Positions 28,244 through 38,836 of a stretch of DNA of 64,000 bases are shown piece after piece. Source of the DNA: a virus. Lineage: Duplodnaviria; Caudoviricetes. The position numbers were made by a program, and so were the translations under genes. Every line of letters starts with the position of its first letter. The first letter of the stretch is position 1. The DNA is taken from positions 15,963-79,962 of IMG/VR virus record IMGVR_UViG_2919380674_000001. The stretch is one strand, 5' to 3'. Under the pieces are notes generated by a model, which was not told where the DNA came from, did no database searches, and saw nothing but the letters and a program-made list of their open reading frames with translations.

Positions 28244-30922
28244 ATGGCTGACTCCAGTTTTGGTTTGAAGATCGGGCTTGAGGGTGAGCGTGAGTTCAAG
28301 CGCGCGATCACGGATATTAACCGTGAGATGCGAGTGCTCGGCTCGGAGATGAAGCTCGTAGCCTCCTCGTTCGATAAGAACGACCAGTCCGCCGAAGCCC
28401 TCACCGCCCGTAACCAAGTGCTGGGCAAAGAAATCGAAGCTCAAAAAGCCAAGATCGAGACCCTACGCGCCGCACTCGAAAACTCCGCCACGAGCTTTGG
28501 TGAGAACGATAGCCGGACGAAGAACTGGCAAATCCAGCTCAACAACGCAGGCGCTGAACTCAACCGGCTCGAAAGTGAACTCAAATCGAATAATGACGCC
28601 CTGTCGGATTTCGGGGACGAAGCAGACGGTGCCGGTGACGATGCTAAAGACGCCGCCAAGGACGCGGGCAAACTCGAGGGCGCAGTCGATGATCTCGGCG
28701 ACGAGATGGACACCACCAGCTCCAAGACCCGCATTTTCGGCGACGTGTTGAAAGCGAACCTCGCCTCCGAAGCCATCATCGCCGGAGTCAAAGGTATCGG
28801 GCATGCGATCGCCTCGATCGGTCGCGGCATGGCCGAAGCCTTGAAAGAGGGCGTGGAATACAACGCCCGCATGGAGCAATACTCCACGTCCTTCACCACG
28901 ATGCTCGGCGACCAAGCCAAAGCCCAACAGCTCGTCAACGATCTGAAAGTCCAGGCGGCGAAGACTCCGTTTGGTATGGAGGACCTCGCGGGCAACATGC
29001 AAACCCTCCTGAGCTTCGGCATGAGCCTGGAGGATGCGAAAAAGCACCTCAACGAAATCGGCGACATCTCCCAAGGAGATGCGGTGAAGATGGAATCGCT
29101 GACCCTTGCCTTCGCCCAAATGTCCTCGACCGGCAAACTCACGGGTCAGGACTTGCTGCAGATGATCAACGCCGGATTCAACCCCCTCGAAGAGATCAGC
29201 CGCAAGACCGGCAAGAGTATTGGTGAGCTCAAGGAGGAAATGGCCAACGGCGCAATCAACGCTGACATGGTTGCGGACGCGTTTGCTTCTGCCACGGCTG
29301 AGGGCGGCCGCTTCTACGGGGCTATGGACGCCCAATCCCAAACCTTCAGCGGGCAGCTCGCAACAATGCAGGACGGGATCGAAAACCTCAAAGGCCTCCT
29401 CGCAGGCGGAGTCTCTGAGGCGTTGGCTGGGTCGGTGATGCCGATGGTCAACGGCTGGATCGACGAACTCACCGCGGCGTTCGAAGAAGGCGGAACACCC
29501 GCCCTCATCGACACCCTCGGCACCGTCTTACAGGAAGCCCTAGCGTTTATTGCTGAGCAGTTGCCGATGGTGGTCGAGACCGGCATGTCCATCCTCACCG
29601 CCCTGTTAGAAGGCATCATCGAGGTGCTCCCGCAGGTGGCCGAGACGGCGGTGACGCTGATCATCGCTTTAGTAGAAGCAATCATCGAAACGTTGCCGTC
29701 TTTGTTGGAGGCGGCGATTCAGATCATCGCCACCCTCGTCTCTGGCATCAGCGAAGCACTACCGGAACTGGTTCCGGCTGCGGTGGAGATGCTCATGGCT
29801 TTAGTGCAGGGCCTGGTCGATAACCTCCCGTTGCTTCTTGATGCGGCGTTGCAGCTCATCACCGGCCTGGCAGAGGGACTCATCGCAGCGATCCCCGTCA
29901 TCATCGAAGCCCTCCCACAGATCATCACCGGCATAGTGACCTTCCTCGTCGGGGCGATTCCACAAATCATCGAAGCAGGAATCCAACTACTCACCGCCTT
30001 GATCGGGGCGCTGCCTCAGATCATCACAGCAATCGTCGCAGCACTCCCACAGATTATTACTGCGATCGTGGGCGGCGTGGTCGGCGCAATCCCACAACTG
30101 ATCCAAGCAGGCATTCAGTTGTTGACGGCGTTGATTGGGGCGCTACCGCAGATCATCACGACGATCGTGGCCGCGCTCCCGCAGATTATCGGAGCTATTG
30201 TGTCGGCGATTGGTGGGGCTATCCCGCAACTCGTCCAAGCAGGCATCCAACTCTTGACCGCGTTGGTACGAAACCTGCCGCAGATCATTTCCACAATCGT
30301 CGCAGCAATCCCATCGATTATTTCTGGGATTGTGTCTGCTGTTGGGCAGGGCGTGTGGCAGATGGTGGAGGCGGGTAAGAACCTCGTCTACGGCCTGTGG
30401 AATGGCATCCAAGGCTTGGCGGGCTGGTTGTGGAATCGGGTCTCGAACTGGGCAAGCGGGATATGGGACTCGATCACCGGCTTCTTCGGCATCCATTCAC
30501 CGTCACGCAAGATGGCGTGGGCAGGACAGATGCTCGTTGAAGGCCTCGCAGGATCCATCCGCACGGACGGCAACAAAGCCGTCACCGCCGCTACTGGTTT
30601 AGCTAGGGACACGATAGACGCCTTCGCCGACCTTGAAGACGGGCTGAGCGTCCCGATCGAGACGATGGCAGACCTGCAGGTACCTGCCGTTGACCTCACC
30701 CCACAACCCATAGCTATCAGTCGCGATACGAGTGGCGGTGCTGATAGTGATCGTGTGGATGTCGCTGGGATCGTGGACGCGACTGCGAAGCGGATCCTCG
30801 GCTCGCTCGACATTAGCGTGACGTTGTCGGATGGGACGCTGGTGGGCAAGCTCGCACCCGCTCTCGACAAGCAACTCGCGCGCCTTGATCGGCGGCAGAC
30901 TGTGATGGCAGGAGGCTACTGA
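28244..30922 (+). CDS. Tape measure protein
   Basis: MADSSFGLKIGLEGE, AAKTPF, repeated LPQII units, FFGIHSPS. Confidence 0.93.
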   Translation: MADSSFGLKIGLEGEREFKRAITDINREMRVLGSEMKLVASSFDKNDQSAEALTARNQVLGKEIEAQKAKIETLRAALENSATSFGENDSRTKNWQIQLNNAGAELNRLESELKSNNDALSDFGDEADGAGDDAKDAAKDAGKLEGAVDDLGDEMDTTSSKTRIFGDVLKANLASEAIIAGVKGIGHAIASIGRGMAEALKEGVEYNARMEQYSTSFTTMLGDQAKAQQLVNDLKVQAAKTPFGMEDLAGNMQTLLSFGMSLEDAKKHLNEIGDISQGDAVKMESLTLAFAQMSSTGKLTGQDLLQMINAGFNPLEEISRKTGKSIGELKEEMANGAINADMVADAFASATAEGGRFYGAMDAQSQTFSGQLATMQDGIENLKGLLAGGVSEALAGSVMPMVNGWIDELTAAFEEGGTPALIDTLGTVLQEALAFIAEQLPMVVETGMSILTALLEGIIEVLPQVAETAVTLIIALVEAIIETLPSLLEAAIQIIATLVSGISEALPELVPAAVEMLMALVQGLVDNLPLLLDAALQLITGLAEGLIAAIPVIIEALPQIITGIVTFLVGAIPQIIEAGIQLLTALIGALPQIITAIVAALPQIITAIVGGVVGAIPQLIQAGIQLLTALIGALPQIITTIVAALPQIIGAIVSAIGGAIPQLVQAGIQLLTALVRNLPQIISTIVAAIPSIISGIVSAVGQGVWQMVEAGKNLVYGLWNGIQGLAGWLWNRVSNWASGIWDSITGFFGIHSPSRKMAWAGQMLVEGLAGSIRTDGNKAVTAATGLARDTIDAFADLEDGLSVPIETMADLQVPAVDLTPQPIAISRDTSGGADSDRVDVAGIVDATAKRILGSLDISVTLSDGTLVGKLAPALDKQLARLDRRQTVMAGGY

Positions 30923-30924
30923 TC

Positions 30925-31617
30925 ATGTTTGGCTTCACCCTGAACAACACGGTGACTTCGGCGTCGCTTGGTCTGCGACTCACGGCACCGGTGGCGATTC
31001 CAGCAGCCGTCCGCGCGGTGGATGATATTGAGGTCGAAGGAAGAGCAGGTACCCTCACGCGCTTCACGGGCTGGGAGGATACCGAGATCGAGCTTGAGCT
31101 CGCCGTGTCTATCCGTGACGGGCTACACCAGTATAGACAGGCTTCTCACGAGCTGACGGGCGCGTCCATGATCGCGTTCACTGGTGAGTCGGGTGTGTAT
31201 CGGAAGGTTAAGCACTGCGAAGTTGGCGAGCTGCGCCGGGAGCTGTCGGGGTGGGGTTTCTTCACCGTGCGCCTGACCTGCCAACCCTTCACTTACCTGA
31301 CTGAGGGCTTGAAGTCGGTAACGATGTCGGAGTCGGGGACGATCACCAACCCCGGCCTACTCGATGCCGATCCGATCATCACCGTTACTGGCACCGGGGC
31401 GCTCTCGCTGACGATCAATGCGCGCGTCTATCACGTGAATTCGCCAGCAGGTTCCGTCACGCTCGACAGCGCGCGTCTCGTCGCACACGTATCTGGTCGC
31501 GTGCAGACCGATGCGCTCACCGACGCCTTCCCAACCTTTAAGCCTGGTTTGAATCGGATCACTCTCGGCACCGGCATCAGCAAGATCGTGATCACGCCGA
31601 ACTGGCGCAACCCCTAA
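30925..31617 (+). CDS. Distal tail protein
   Basis: Follows tape measure; VEGRAG, CQPF, ITNPG, PGLNRI. Confidence 0.8.
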   Translation: MFGFTLNNTVTSASLGLRLTAPVAIPAAVRAVDDIEVEGRAGTLTRFTGWEDTEIELELAVSIRDGLHQYRQASHELTGASMIAFTGESGVYRKVKHCEVGELRRELSGWGFFTVRLTCQPFTYLTEGLKSVTMSESGTITNPGLLDADPIITVTGTGALSLTINARVYHVNSPAGSVTLDSARLVAHVSGRVQTDALTDAFPTFKPGLNRITLGTGISKIVITPNWRNP

Positions 31618-31689
31618 CACCCAACTCACGCAAGTTCCGATGGTCATCCCTTCGTGGGGTGGCCGCTATTTTTGTTTGGAAGGCTCCTC

Positions 31690-34521
31690 ATGATTACGGT
31701 TCACGACCGCACCGCCACCACATTCACCACCACCGGTCTCGGCGTCCTCGACCGGGAAATCATCAACCCGATCGTGGTCGAGGAACTCGGCGGCGAATTC
31801 TCCCTGACCTTCACCTACCCAGCAGATGGACCTGCAGCCCAGCACCTGACGCTGGAGAACATTGTGGCAGCGCCCGTGCCAGGACTGGAGCAACGTCAAG
31901 GTTTCCGCATCTCCGAGGTTGTCACCACCCTTGACGGCATGCTCGAAGTGAGCGCGTTTCATGTCTTCTATGATCTGGCGGAGAACCTCATCGCCGACAC
32001 CTACGTGGTCAACAAGACCGCCAAGAGCGCACTCACTCAGATTCTTGGCGCGGCAAACACGAAACACGGGTTTACTGTTACCTCATCGGATACGGTGACG
32101 CGGGCATCGGCGCGGATCGTGCGCATGCCCATCGCCGCCGCTCTCATGGATGCGGGCGAGGACAACACGCTCATCTCGCGTTGGGGCGGCGAGCTTACGC
32201 GTAATAACTGGCTGATCCATCACACGCCCATGCGCGGAGCCAACCACGGGGTGGTGATTCGTGACCGCAAGAACCTCACCGGCTTCGAATCATCCATTGA
32301 TTTTTCGACGGTGGTGACGCGGATTCTTCCGGTCGGCTACAACGGCCTGCTCTTGCCTGAGCTCTATGTGGATTCGCCGAAGTTGGGCGATTATGTGGTG
32401 CCGCGTATCCGCGTCATCCGCTACGGACAAGTCAAAGCCATCACCGACACGGACAATCCGCGCGAAGGCGAACTCCCACTCGACCAAGCCCACTCTGAGC
32501 TGCGCCGACTAGCAGCAGCAGAATTCAGCGCAAGACATGTCGATGAGCCGTCCGCTTCGTACAAGATCCGCTTCACTGACCTTTCACAAACCCGTGAATA
32601 CGCAGACCTCGCGCGGCTCGAAACCATCGAAATTGGCGACACCGTGACCGTCCGCCACAGTGATCTTGGTGTTGCGCTGACGGCACGGGTCGTGGCATAC
32701 AAATACAACCCACTCACAGGCCAGTACATTTCGGTCGAACTGGGTTCTACCGCTCGGAAGTTCACGTCCGTCACCCGCCAAGTCAAGATCGCCATCAATA
32801 CGGCGGTGGCTGCGTCGAATGCGGCCGGATTCGCGTTGGCTAGTGCGGATGGGAAGAACACCAACCACTACGGCAGCATCCAGCCCGCCACCGCGCAGCT
32901 GGGTGACACATGGTTTAAAAGCAACGGCGAAACCACAGAAATCTGGATCTACCGGCTCACCGACACCGGACAGCCCGGCTGGGTCGCCCTCGCCACCGAT
33001 CTGAATCATGCCCAGGTTCAGGCTGAACTCGACGCCGCCCGCGCAGAGGTCAACCACGCCCTCGCCGCCGCACAAGACGCACAAACCGCCGCCGATGCTG
33101 TCGCCACTCAGATAGCTTCGGCGCAGGTCGATATTGACCAGGCCAAGACCGCAGCCGCTGGTGCTACCCGGTTGGCGCAGGATGCTCACAATATTGCGGT
33201 TACCTCGGATGGGCGGCTCACGGTTGCCGTTGTTGACCCGAGCGTAGCGGACGCGGCTGGCAGGCCAGAGGGCGCGCTGTGGCAAGTGCGCGTAGACGGA
33301 GTGATCGCCCGCCAATATCTCCTCACCAACAACCAATGGGAACAAACACCGGTGGGTGCCGCGATGATTGGGTCGAAAGCGATCAGCCAAGCACACATCG
33401 CAGATGCCGCCATCGGCACCGCACAAATCGCTGATGCCGCGATCACCGACGCGAAAATCGCCAACCTGTCAGCGAGCAAGATCACCACCGGCTACCTGGC
33501 AGCGGCACGCATTCAGGCTGGATCCATCACCTCGGACAAGCTGACGATCGCCAATGGGTTTATTACGAATGCGATGATCAAGGATGCGGCGATCACGGAT
33601 GCGAAGGTTGGCAGCCTATCGGCGAACAAGATTACGACCGGTACTTTATCGGCTGCACGCATCGCAGCAGGGTCCATTACCTCCGATAAGCTGACGATCG
33701 CTAACGGTTTTATCCAGTCCGCGATGATCAAAGACGCTGCGGTCACATCGGCCAAAATTGCTTCGCTGGATGCTGGGAAGATCACCACCGGGACGTTGTC
33801 GGCGGCTCGGATTGGGGCGCGCTCGATTACGGCCGACAAGCTCGCCACCAACGCCATCCAAGTAGGGCTGGCAGGCTGGACGCAATCTATCAGGATTAGC
33901 CCATATCAAATCGCTTGGTATAACGGGGACACGCTGGAAGGCAAGATCACGAGTGCTGGGATGCAGTTTTGGTACGGAACCCGCTATATCGGCGAGTTCG
34001 CACGCAGAGCCCATAAAGATAAGCCCGATGTGCAAGGCATCGTAGGCCAGCTCGCCTATAAAGGCGACTACGTTGCCTGGACCTACCAAGACACCGAAGG
34101 CGGCAACTACTACACGTGCCTGACCCTTGACCCGAAAGGCTTGTTTTACGGCAAAGCCGGAATCCACCTCGGCTCCGACCTGCGTACTGGTGGTTACAAG
34201 TTCTACACCACCGGTTCACGCTACGTCACCTTGCAAGACTGCACGCTCACAGGCAGCGGCACGCACTCGGGCTGGGTGGGACAAAGCGGGCTGTCGAAAA
34301 TCGTCTTCCACACCTACGACCTGATGGTCGTCACCAACGGTTCGTATTACAACATGACCCGCCTGTTCGATCGCACCAAGGATTTGATGAGCCGAGTGAA
34401 TTCACTGATCTCGCTCCTTAACCACGGATGGATCACCACCATTTCACGCTCAGGAACAAACATTACTTGGCAGTACTACTCCAACACCGGCCTATCTACC
34501 ATGTCTACCAACCTCGCATAA
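31690..34521 (+). CDS. Tail spike / endopeptidase-type minor tail protein with fibre repeats
   Basis: HVFYDL, KNLTG, IGDTV; ~50-aa repeats ITDAKI..LSA.KITTG.L.AARI.AGSITSDKL. Confidence 0.85.
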   Translation: MITVHDRTATTFTTTGLGVLDREIINPIVVEELGGEFSLTFTYPADGPAAQHLTLENIVAAPVPGLEQRQGFRISEVVTTLDGMLEVSAFHVFYDLAENLIADTYVVNKTAKSALTQILGAANTKHGFTVTSSDTVTRASARIVRMPIAAALMDAGEDNTLISRWGGELTRNNWLIHHTPMRGANHGVVIRDRKNLTGFESSIDFSTVVTRILPVGYNGLLLPELYVDSPKLGDYVVPRIRVIRYGQVKAITDTDNPREGELPLDQAHSELRRLAAAEFSARHVDEPSASYKIRFTDLSQTREYADLARLETIEIGDTVTVRHSDLGVALTARVVAYKYNPLTGQYISVELGSTARKFTSVTRQVKIAINTAVAASNAAGFALASADGKNTNHYGSIQPATAQLGDTWFKSNGETTEIWIYRLTDTGQPGWVALATDLNHAQVQAELDAARAEVNHALAAAQDAQTAADAVATQIASAQVDIDQAKTAAAGATRLAQDAHNIAVTSDGRLTVAVVDPSVADAAGRPEGALWQVRVDGVIARQYLLTNNQWEQTPVGAAMIGSKAISQAHIADAAIGTAQIADAAITDAKIANLSASKITTGYLAAARIQAGSITSDKLTIANGFITNAMIKDAAITDAKVGSLSANKITTGTLSAARIAAGSITSDKLTIANGFIQSAMIKDAAVTSAKIASLDAGKITTGTLSAARIGARSITADKLATNAIQVGLAGWTQSIRISPYQIAWYNGDTLEGKITSAGMQFWYGTRYIGEFARRAHKDKPDVQGIVGQLAYKGDYVAWTYQDTEGGNYYTCLTLDPKGLFYGKAGIHLGSDLRTGGYKFYTTGSRYVTLQDCTLTGSGTHSGWVGQSGLSKIVFHTYDLMVVTNGSYYNMTRLFDRTKDLMSRVNSLISLLNHGWITTISRSGTNITWQYYSNTGLSTMSTNLA

Positions 34522-34536
34522 GGAAAGGAAACATCC

Positions 34537-34959
34537 ATGGAAATCATGATCGCCAACCAGCATCTACAACCCATCGCAGACCTACTCACCAGCATGCCCT
34601 TGAAGTCCGCGCAGTCTCGTGCCCGCTCGAAACTGCTCACCTTGGTGAAGGAGGCGATTGCCCGGTTCGGGGAAGACGAATACGACCTCGTCACCGCCTA
34701 CGCCACGCTCGACGAGCACGGCCGCCCAGTATTCGCAGAAGACGGAACCTTCGCCCTCGCCAACCCCGAGAAAGCTGGTGAGTTCCTCGATGCCCGCCAA
34801 GCACTACTCGCCTCGGTCGCTGAAGTCTCTGGCCCGACCTACGACGGCCACGACAAGGACGTGAAAGCACTTCTTGATGGCTATGACGGTGAGCTGTCTG
34901 GCGAAGCGGCCGAGGCCTACGACGTCCTCTACGACGCCATCACCAAGGACAACACATGA
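34537..34959 (+). CDS. Phage protein (DUF1617-like)
   Basis: LKSAQSRARSKL motif; AAGGAAAGGA RBS. Confidence 0.6.
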   Translation: MEIMIANQHLQPIADLLTSMPLKSAQSRARSKLLTLVKEAIARFGEDEYDLVTAYATLDEHGRPVFAEDGTFALANPEKAGEFLDARQALLASVAEVSGPTYDGHDKDVKALLDGYDGELSGEAAEAYDVLYDAITKDNT

Positions 34960-35177
34960 GCGCCGAGGAAGAAAAGAGCAAAGAACTCACCGAAGTCTCC
35001 GCTGATGAGTCAACGCCTGACGATGAGGTGCAGTTGCCGATCGTCCCAATTGAATCCGATGCCACGCCTGCACCACCAGCAGAAACCATCGAAACCCACG
35101 AACTCCCAGCACCCAAGGCGGGGTCGTTCGACTTGAGTCTGCCGATCTTGGAGGTCTTGACTGACCCGACCATGTAA
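34956..35177 (+). CDS. Acidic hypothetical protein
   Basis: ATGA coupling; AAGGA RBS. Confidence 0.55.
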   Translation: MSAEEEKSKELTEVSADESTPDDEVQLPIVPIESDATPAPPAETIETHELPAPKAGSFDLSLPILEVLTDPTM

Positions 35178-35261
35178 ATCGCTGCGCTACACCAATTTTT
35201 GATGCCTTCACCCCAGATGGGTGTGGGCAATTTTTTATGCCCACAGAAAGGAATCATTCCC

Positions 35262-35717
35262 ATGTCTCTTCACGCCATCTGGCATGCCATCCAAACCGGC
35301 CTCGCCGGTGTCGGTGCTTGGCTCGCCGCCTACCTTGGAGGCCTCGACGGCCTCGTCTATGCCCTGATTGTTTTCGCTATCGCCGACTACATCACCGGCG
35401 TGCTGGCCGCCATCAATGAGCGTCGCCTCAGCTCATCCGTCGGTTTTAGGGGTATCAGCCGCAAGATCCTCATCTTCACTCTCGTCGGACTCGCCCATTT
35501 GATCGACGTCCACGTTCTCGGTGCACCCGGTGTGCTTCGTGCGGCGGTCATTTTCTTCTACCTGTCCAACGAAGGCATCTCGCTGATGGAGAACGCCACC
35601 CGGCTCGGCCTGCCTGTCCCTGCCCAAATGCGTGGGGCGCTCGATGCGATCGCTAACCGCGCCGAAACAAGACCCTCATTGACCGAAACGACCACTGAAA
35701 ACACAAAGGAGAACTAG
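35262..35717 (+). CDS. Holin (phage_holin_4_1 type)
   Basis: DYITGV, LSSSVGFRGI, FFYLSNEGISLMEN. Confidence 0.9.
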   Translation: MSLHAIWHAIQTGLAGVGAWLAAYLGGLDGLVYALIVFAIADYITGVLAAINERRLSSSVGFRGISRKILIFTLVGLAHLIDVHVLGAPGVLRAAVIFFYLSNEGISLMENATRLGLPVPAQMRGALDAIANRAETRPSLTETTTENTKEN

Positions 35718-35719
35718 TC

Positions 35720-36697
35720 ATGAAGAATTGGCTCGCGCTTGAGGCTGACATCGACCTCATCATGAACAAGCACTATACACCCGGCAGGAACGGTCGGCGG
35801 ATCGATAAGGTGATCATCCACCACAACGCCGGAAACCTCACGATTCGTGGCTGCTATGACGTGTGGCAGTCCCGTCCAGCGTCGGCCCACTACCAAGTCC
35901 AATCCGACGGACGCATCGGCCAGTTGGTGTGGGACCGGGATACCGCCTGGCATGCAGGAAACTGGGTAGCCAACACCACCTCCATCGGCATCGAACACGC
36001 CGACATGACTAGTGATTCATGGGCTGTGTCGGAGGCGTGCCTTGATAACGGCGCACACCTCGTGGCCGCGATCTGCAAGTTCTACGGTCTTGGCCGCCCG
36101 GCGTGGGGGAAGAACGTGTTCGGACACAAGGACTTCTCTGCGACTGCTTGCCCGGCATCTCTTGCTGGCTCCCAGCACGCGGCATACATGGCCCGCGCCC
36201 AGTCTTGGTATGACCAGATGACCGGTAGCGCACCAGCACCTGCTCCTGCAGCGCCGAACATCGATGCCCTCGCAGATGCGGTTATTCGTGGCGAGTACGG
36301 CAACGGGGACGAGCGCAAGCGTCGCCTCGGAGCGAACTATGCGGCTGTTCAGGCTCGCGTGAATGAGAAGCTTTCCGGCAACGCGCCCACGCCAACACCC
36401 GCACCAGCACCAGCCACACCGAACATCGACGCATTGGCTGACGCTGTCATTCGCGGCGAGTACGGCAACGGGGATGAGCGCAAGCGACGCCTCGGAGCCA
36501 ACTACGCCGCCGTCCAACAGCGAGTCAACGAAAAGCTCTCCGGCCGAACGCCCGCGAAGCCCGCCGCACCCAACATCGATGCCCTCGCTGACGCCGTGAT
36601 CCGTGGCGACTACGGCAACGGTGAAGAGCGTAAGCGCCGCCTCGGAAACCTTTACGGTGCGGTGCAGGCGCGAGTCAATGCCAAGCTCGGCTACTAA
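35720..36697 (+). CDS. Endolysin: Amidase_2 + three Cpl-7 (CW_7) repeats
   Basis: IIHHNA, SAHY, AWHAG, IGIEH, GHKDFSATACP; three copies of IDALADAVIRG.YGNG.ERKRRLG. Confidence 0.93.
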   Translation: MKNWLALEADIDLIMNKHYTPGRNGRRIDKVIIHHNAGNLTIRGCYDVWQSRPASAHYQVQSDGRIGQLVWDRDTAWHAGNWVANTTSIGIEHADMTSDSWAVSEACLDNGAHLVAAICKFYGLGRPAWGKNVFGHKDFSATACPASLAGSQHAAYMARAQSWYDQMTGSAPAPAPAAPNIDALADAVIRGEYGNGDERKRRLGANYAAVQARVNEKLSGNAPTPTPAPAPATPNIDALADAVIRGEYGNGDERKRRLGANYAAVQQRVNEKLSGRTPAKPAAPNIDALADAVIRGDYGNGEERKRRLGNLYGAVQARVNAKLGY

Positions 36698-36722
36698 CCC
36701 CGCACGCCCCTGTGGCGTATTG

Positions 36723-36783
36723 AAGCCCCGTCATCACTGTGACTTCCCGGATTCTCGGGGAGCAGTTCATGGCGGGGCTTTTC
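36723..36783 (+). terminator. Rho-independent terminator of the late operon
   Basis: AAGCCCCGTCAT / ATGGCGGGGCTT arms followed by Ts. Confidence 0.65.
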
Positions 36784-36804
36784 ATCATTCTTGAGGCTTT
36801 CTTA

Positions 36805-36906
36805 CCCGTCCGGATTCGCAGGTGCCCGAGGGCGTATGGGCAGAAGGCTCACAACACCTCGGTTGAGGGGTTAACTCGGCACACATTCGTGGCCTTCTAC
36901 TGAGAG
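36805..36906 (+). promoter_or_regulatory. Phage-specific bipartite motif, copy 3
   Basis: Same two N11-spaced modules as at 202-315. Confidence 0.6.
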
Positions 36907-36916
36907 GAGGCCAGTG

Positions 36917-37330
36917 ATGGCGTTAGACGAGAGAGAAAAACAAGCAGCCAGGCGCATGCGCTTGGGCGGGCTCGGGTATAAGGCGATCGCTGCACGTCTT
37001 GCGGTCAGCCGCGACCAGATCCGCGCCTACGTCACCCGCACAGGTATCGAACCAACAGCGAAAGCTGACCCTGATGGGCGCTGGTGCCGCTGGTGCGGAA
37101 TCAAACTGCCGCAACGCGCGGATGGGAAGAAACCATCATTTTGCTGTAGCGAGCATCGGCGGGCCTTCTGGCATACCCACCCAGAAGCAGGCACCCGTAA
37201 CGCCTTCTATGAGTTCACGTGCGCCTACTGTGGTGAGGGGTTCGAGGCGTATGGGAATGCGGGGCGTAAGTACTGCTGCCATGCCTGCTACATCCGCCAC
37301 CGGTTCGGCACCAAGGGTGGCAGTCGATGA
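36917..37330 (+). CDS. HTH + Cys-rich zinc-finger protein of the recombinase module
   Basis: GLGYKAIA HTH; CRWCG, FCCSEHR, CAYCG, KYCCHACY. Confidence 0.75.
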   Translation: MALDEREKQAARRMRLGGLGYKAIAARLAVSRDQIRAYVTRTGIEPTAKADPDGRWCRWCGIKLPQRADGKKPSFCCSEHRRAFWHTHPEAGTRNAFYEFTCAYCGEGFEAYGNAGRKYCCHACYIRHRFGTKGGSR

Positions 37331-37515
37331 CAAAGAGCGTGTTTGATGCCGAGGTTGATCTAGCCAGGGTTGTGGGGTTCATTGATCGGCTCACTGACAC
37401 TGGTGCACTGACCGACAGTGAAGCCCGCGTGGTGTTGACTCGTGTGGCGGGGGAATTTCCTGCTGTTGTTGGTGGGCTGATTTTGCGGGTTCGACTGGAT
37501 AAAACGCGGGTTTAG
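37327..37515 (+). CDS. Small SHOCT-like protein
   Basis: ATGA coupling; LTDTGALTDSE; counterpart at 52199-52399. Confidence 0.55.
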   Translation: MTKSVFDAEVDLARVVGFIDRLTDTGALTDSEARVVLTRVAGEFPAVVGGLILRVRLDKTRV

Positions 37516-37588
37516 AGCGTAGATGGATACAACCAGCTGAACCCCTTATTTATTAGGGGAAACGAGCAGTGTAAGGAGATTGAGATAC

Positions 37589-38836
37589 ATGGGTGAGATG
37601 AGGGTGATCCCGGCGAGACCAGCACGGCCGCAGCGGTTGAGGGTAGCGGCCTACGCGCGGGTGTCCACTGAGCACGAACGGCAATTGTCGTCGATCGCCG
37701 CCCAGGTGTCGTACTACTCCCATCTGATTCAATCCACCCCTGGGTGGGACTATGTCGGGGTGTTTATCGACGAAGGTATTACCGGCACCTCCACCAAGCA
37801 TCGCGATGGATTCAAACGCCTCATGGACACCGCTAGGGCAGGCGGCATTGACGTTATTTTGACGAAGTCGATCTCGCGCCTTGCCCGCAACACTGTCGAT
37901 CTGCTTGATGCGGTGCGCGAGCTGAAAGCCCTCGGGGTGGCGGTGCGTTTCGAACGCGAACAGATCGACACCCTCAGCGCTGACGGGGAACTCCTACTGA
38001 CGCTGCTGGCATCGTTTGTGCAGGAAGAATCTCGATCCATGTCAAAGAACGTCAAGTGGGGGATCAGGAAGAAATACGCCGACGGGTCAGTGCATTCGCG
38101 CCAACCCTACGGCTACCAATATTTAGGTGGCGACCTGGTCATCATTGAGGCCGAAGCCAAGATTATCAGAAGGATATTCGCGGAGTTCCTCGCAGGCATC
38201 TCACCCGAAGCCACCGCCACCCGGCTCAACGCTGAAGGGGTCAAGCCCAGGCGGGGAGCCAAGTTTCGTGGGAAGACGATCCGCAAATGGCTCGAAAACG
38301 AAATCTACACAGGCCGCGCGGTGCTGCAAAAGTATTACCGTCCAAACGTTGCAGAATCGAACTGTCATACCAACACAGGTGAGCTGCCCCGCTATCTTGT
38401 CGACGAATCCCACCCGGCCATCATCGACCAAACCACGTTCGACGCCGTCCAAGCCGAACTTGTCCGCCGCAGGCACCTTGGACGTGGAGCCACACCCTCA
38501 GGTGGCACGACCGGGCTCACCTCACGGATCGAATGCTTTGTCTGTGGCAGGTTCTATCACCGACGAACTAAGACAGGCCGCCACCGTTCTTACAAGTTCT
38601 GGTGGTGCGAAACCGCAACCAAAGGCAAAGGCAACCCCTGCCACGCACCCCAAATCCGAGAAACCCGCCTCACCCGGATCTGCACCCATGTGCTCGGCTT
38701 CGATGCCTGGGACGACGACACGGCTCTGACCAGCCTGGCGAAGATCGTCGTCAACCCGGATCGCACGCTCACCATCCACACCACCCGCACCGAAACGCCA
38801 GTGACGGTGAAGCTGGACGAGAGGAGCACACGGTGA
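37589..38836 (+). CDS. Large serine recombinase A
   Basis: VAAYARVST, DEGITGT, KSISRLARN; zinc ribbon. Confidence 0.92.
   Translation: MGEMRVIPARPARPQRLRVAAYARVSTEHERQLSSIAAQVSYYSHLIQSTPGWDYVGVFIDEGITGTSTKHRDGFKRLMDTARAGGIDVILTKSISRLARNTVDLLDAVRELKALGVAVRFEREQIDTLSADGELLLTLLASFVQEESRSMSKNVKWGIRKKYADGSVHSRQPYGYQYLGGDLVIIEAEAKIIRRIFAEFLAGISPEATATRLNAEGVKPRRGAKFRGKTIRKWLENEIYTGRAVLQKYYRPNVAESNCHTNTGELPRYLVDESHPAIIDQTTFDAVQAELVRRRHLGRGATPSGGTTGLTSRIECFVCGRFYHRRTKTGRHRSYKFWWCETATKGKGNPCHAPQIRETRLTRICTHVLGFDAWDDDTALTSLAKIVVNPDRTLTIHTTRTETPVTVKLDERSTR

Noticed and set aside
29500-30350. Repeats in the tape measure gene
   Set aside because: Ordinary amphipathic repeats typical of tape measure proteins
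33370-33850. Tail-protein repeats as a diversity-generating retroelement
   Set aside because: In-frame protein repeats; no reverse transcriptase and no adenine-specific TR/VR pair seen
36230-36697. Three ~150-bp direct repeats
   Set aside because: Explained by the Cpl-7 cell-wall-binding repeats of the endolysin
38602-38832. N-terminal extension of recombinase B in the ORF track
   Set aside because: Overlaps recombinase A; a GTG with AGGAG at 38833 matches the start of the paralogue
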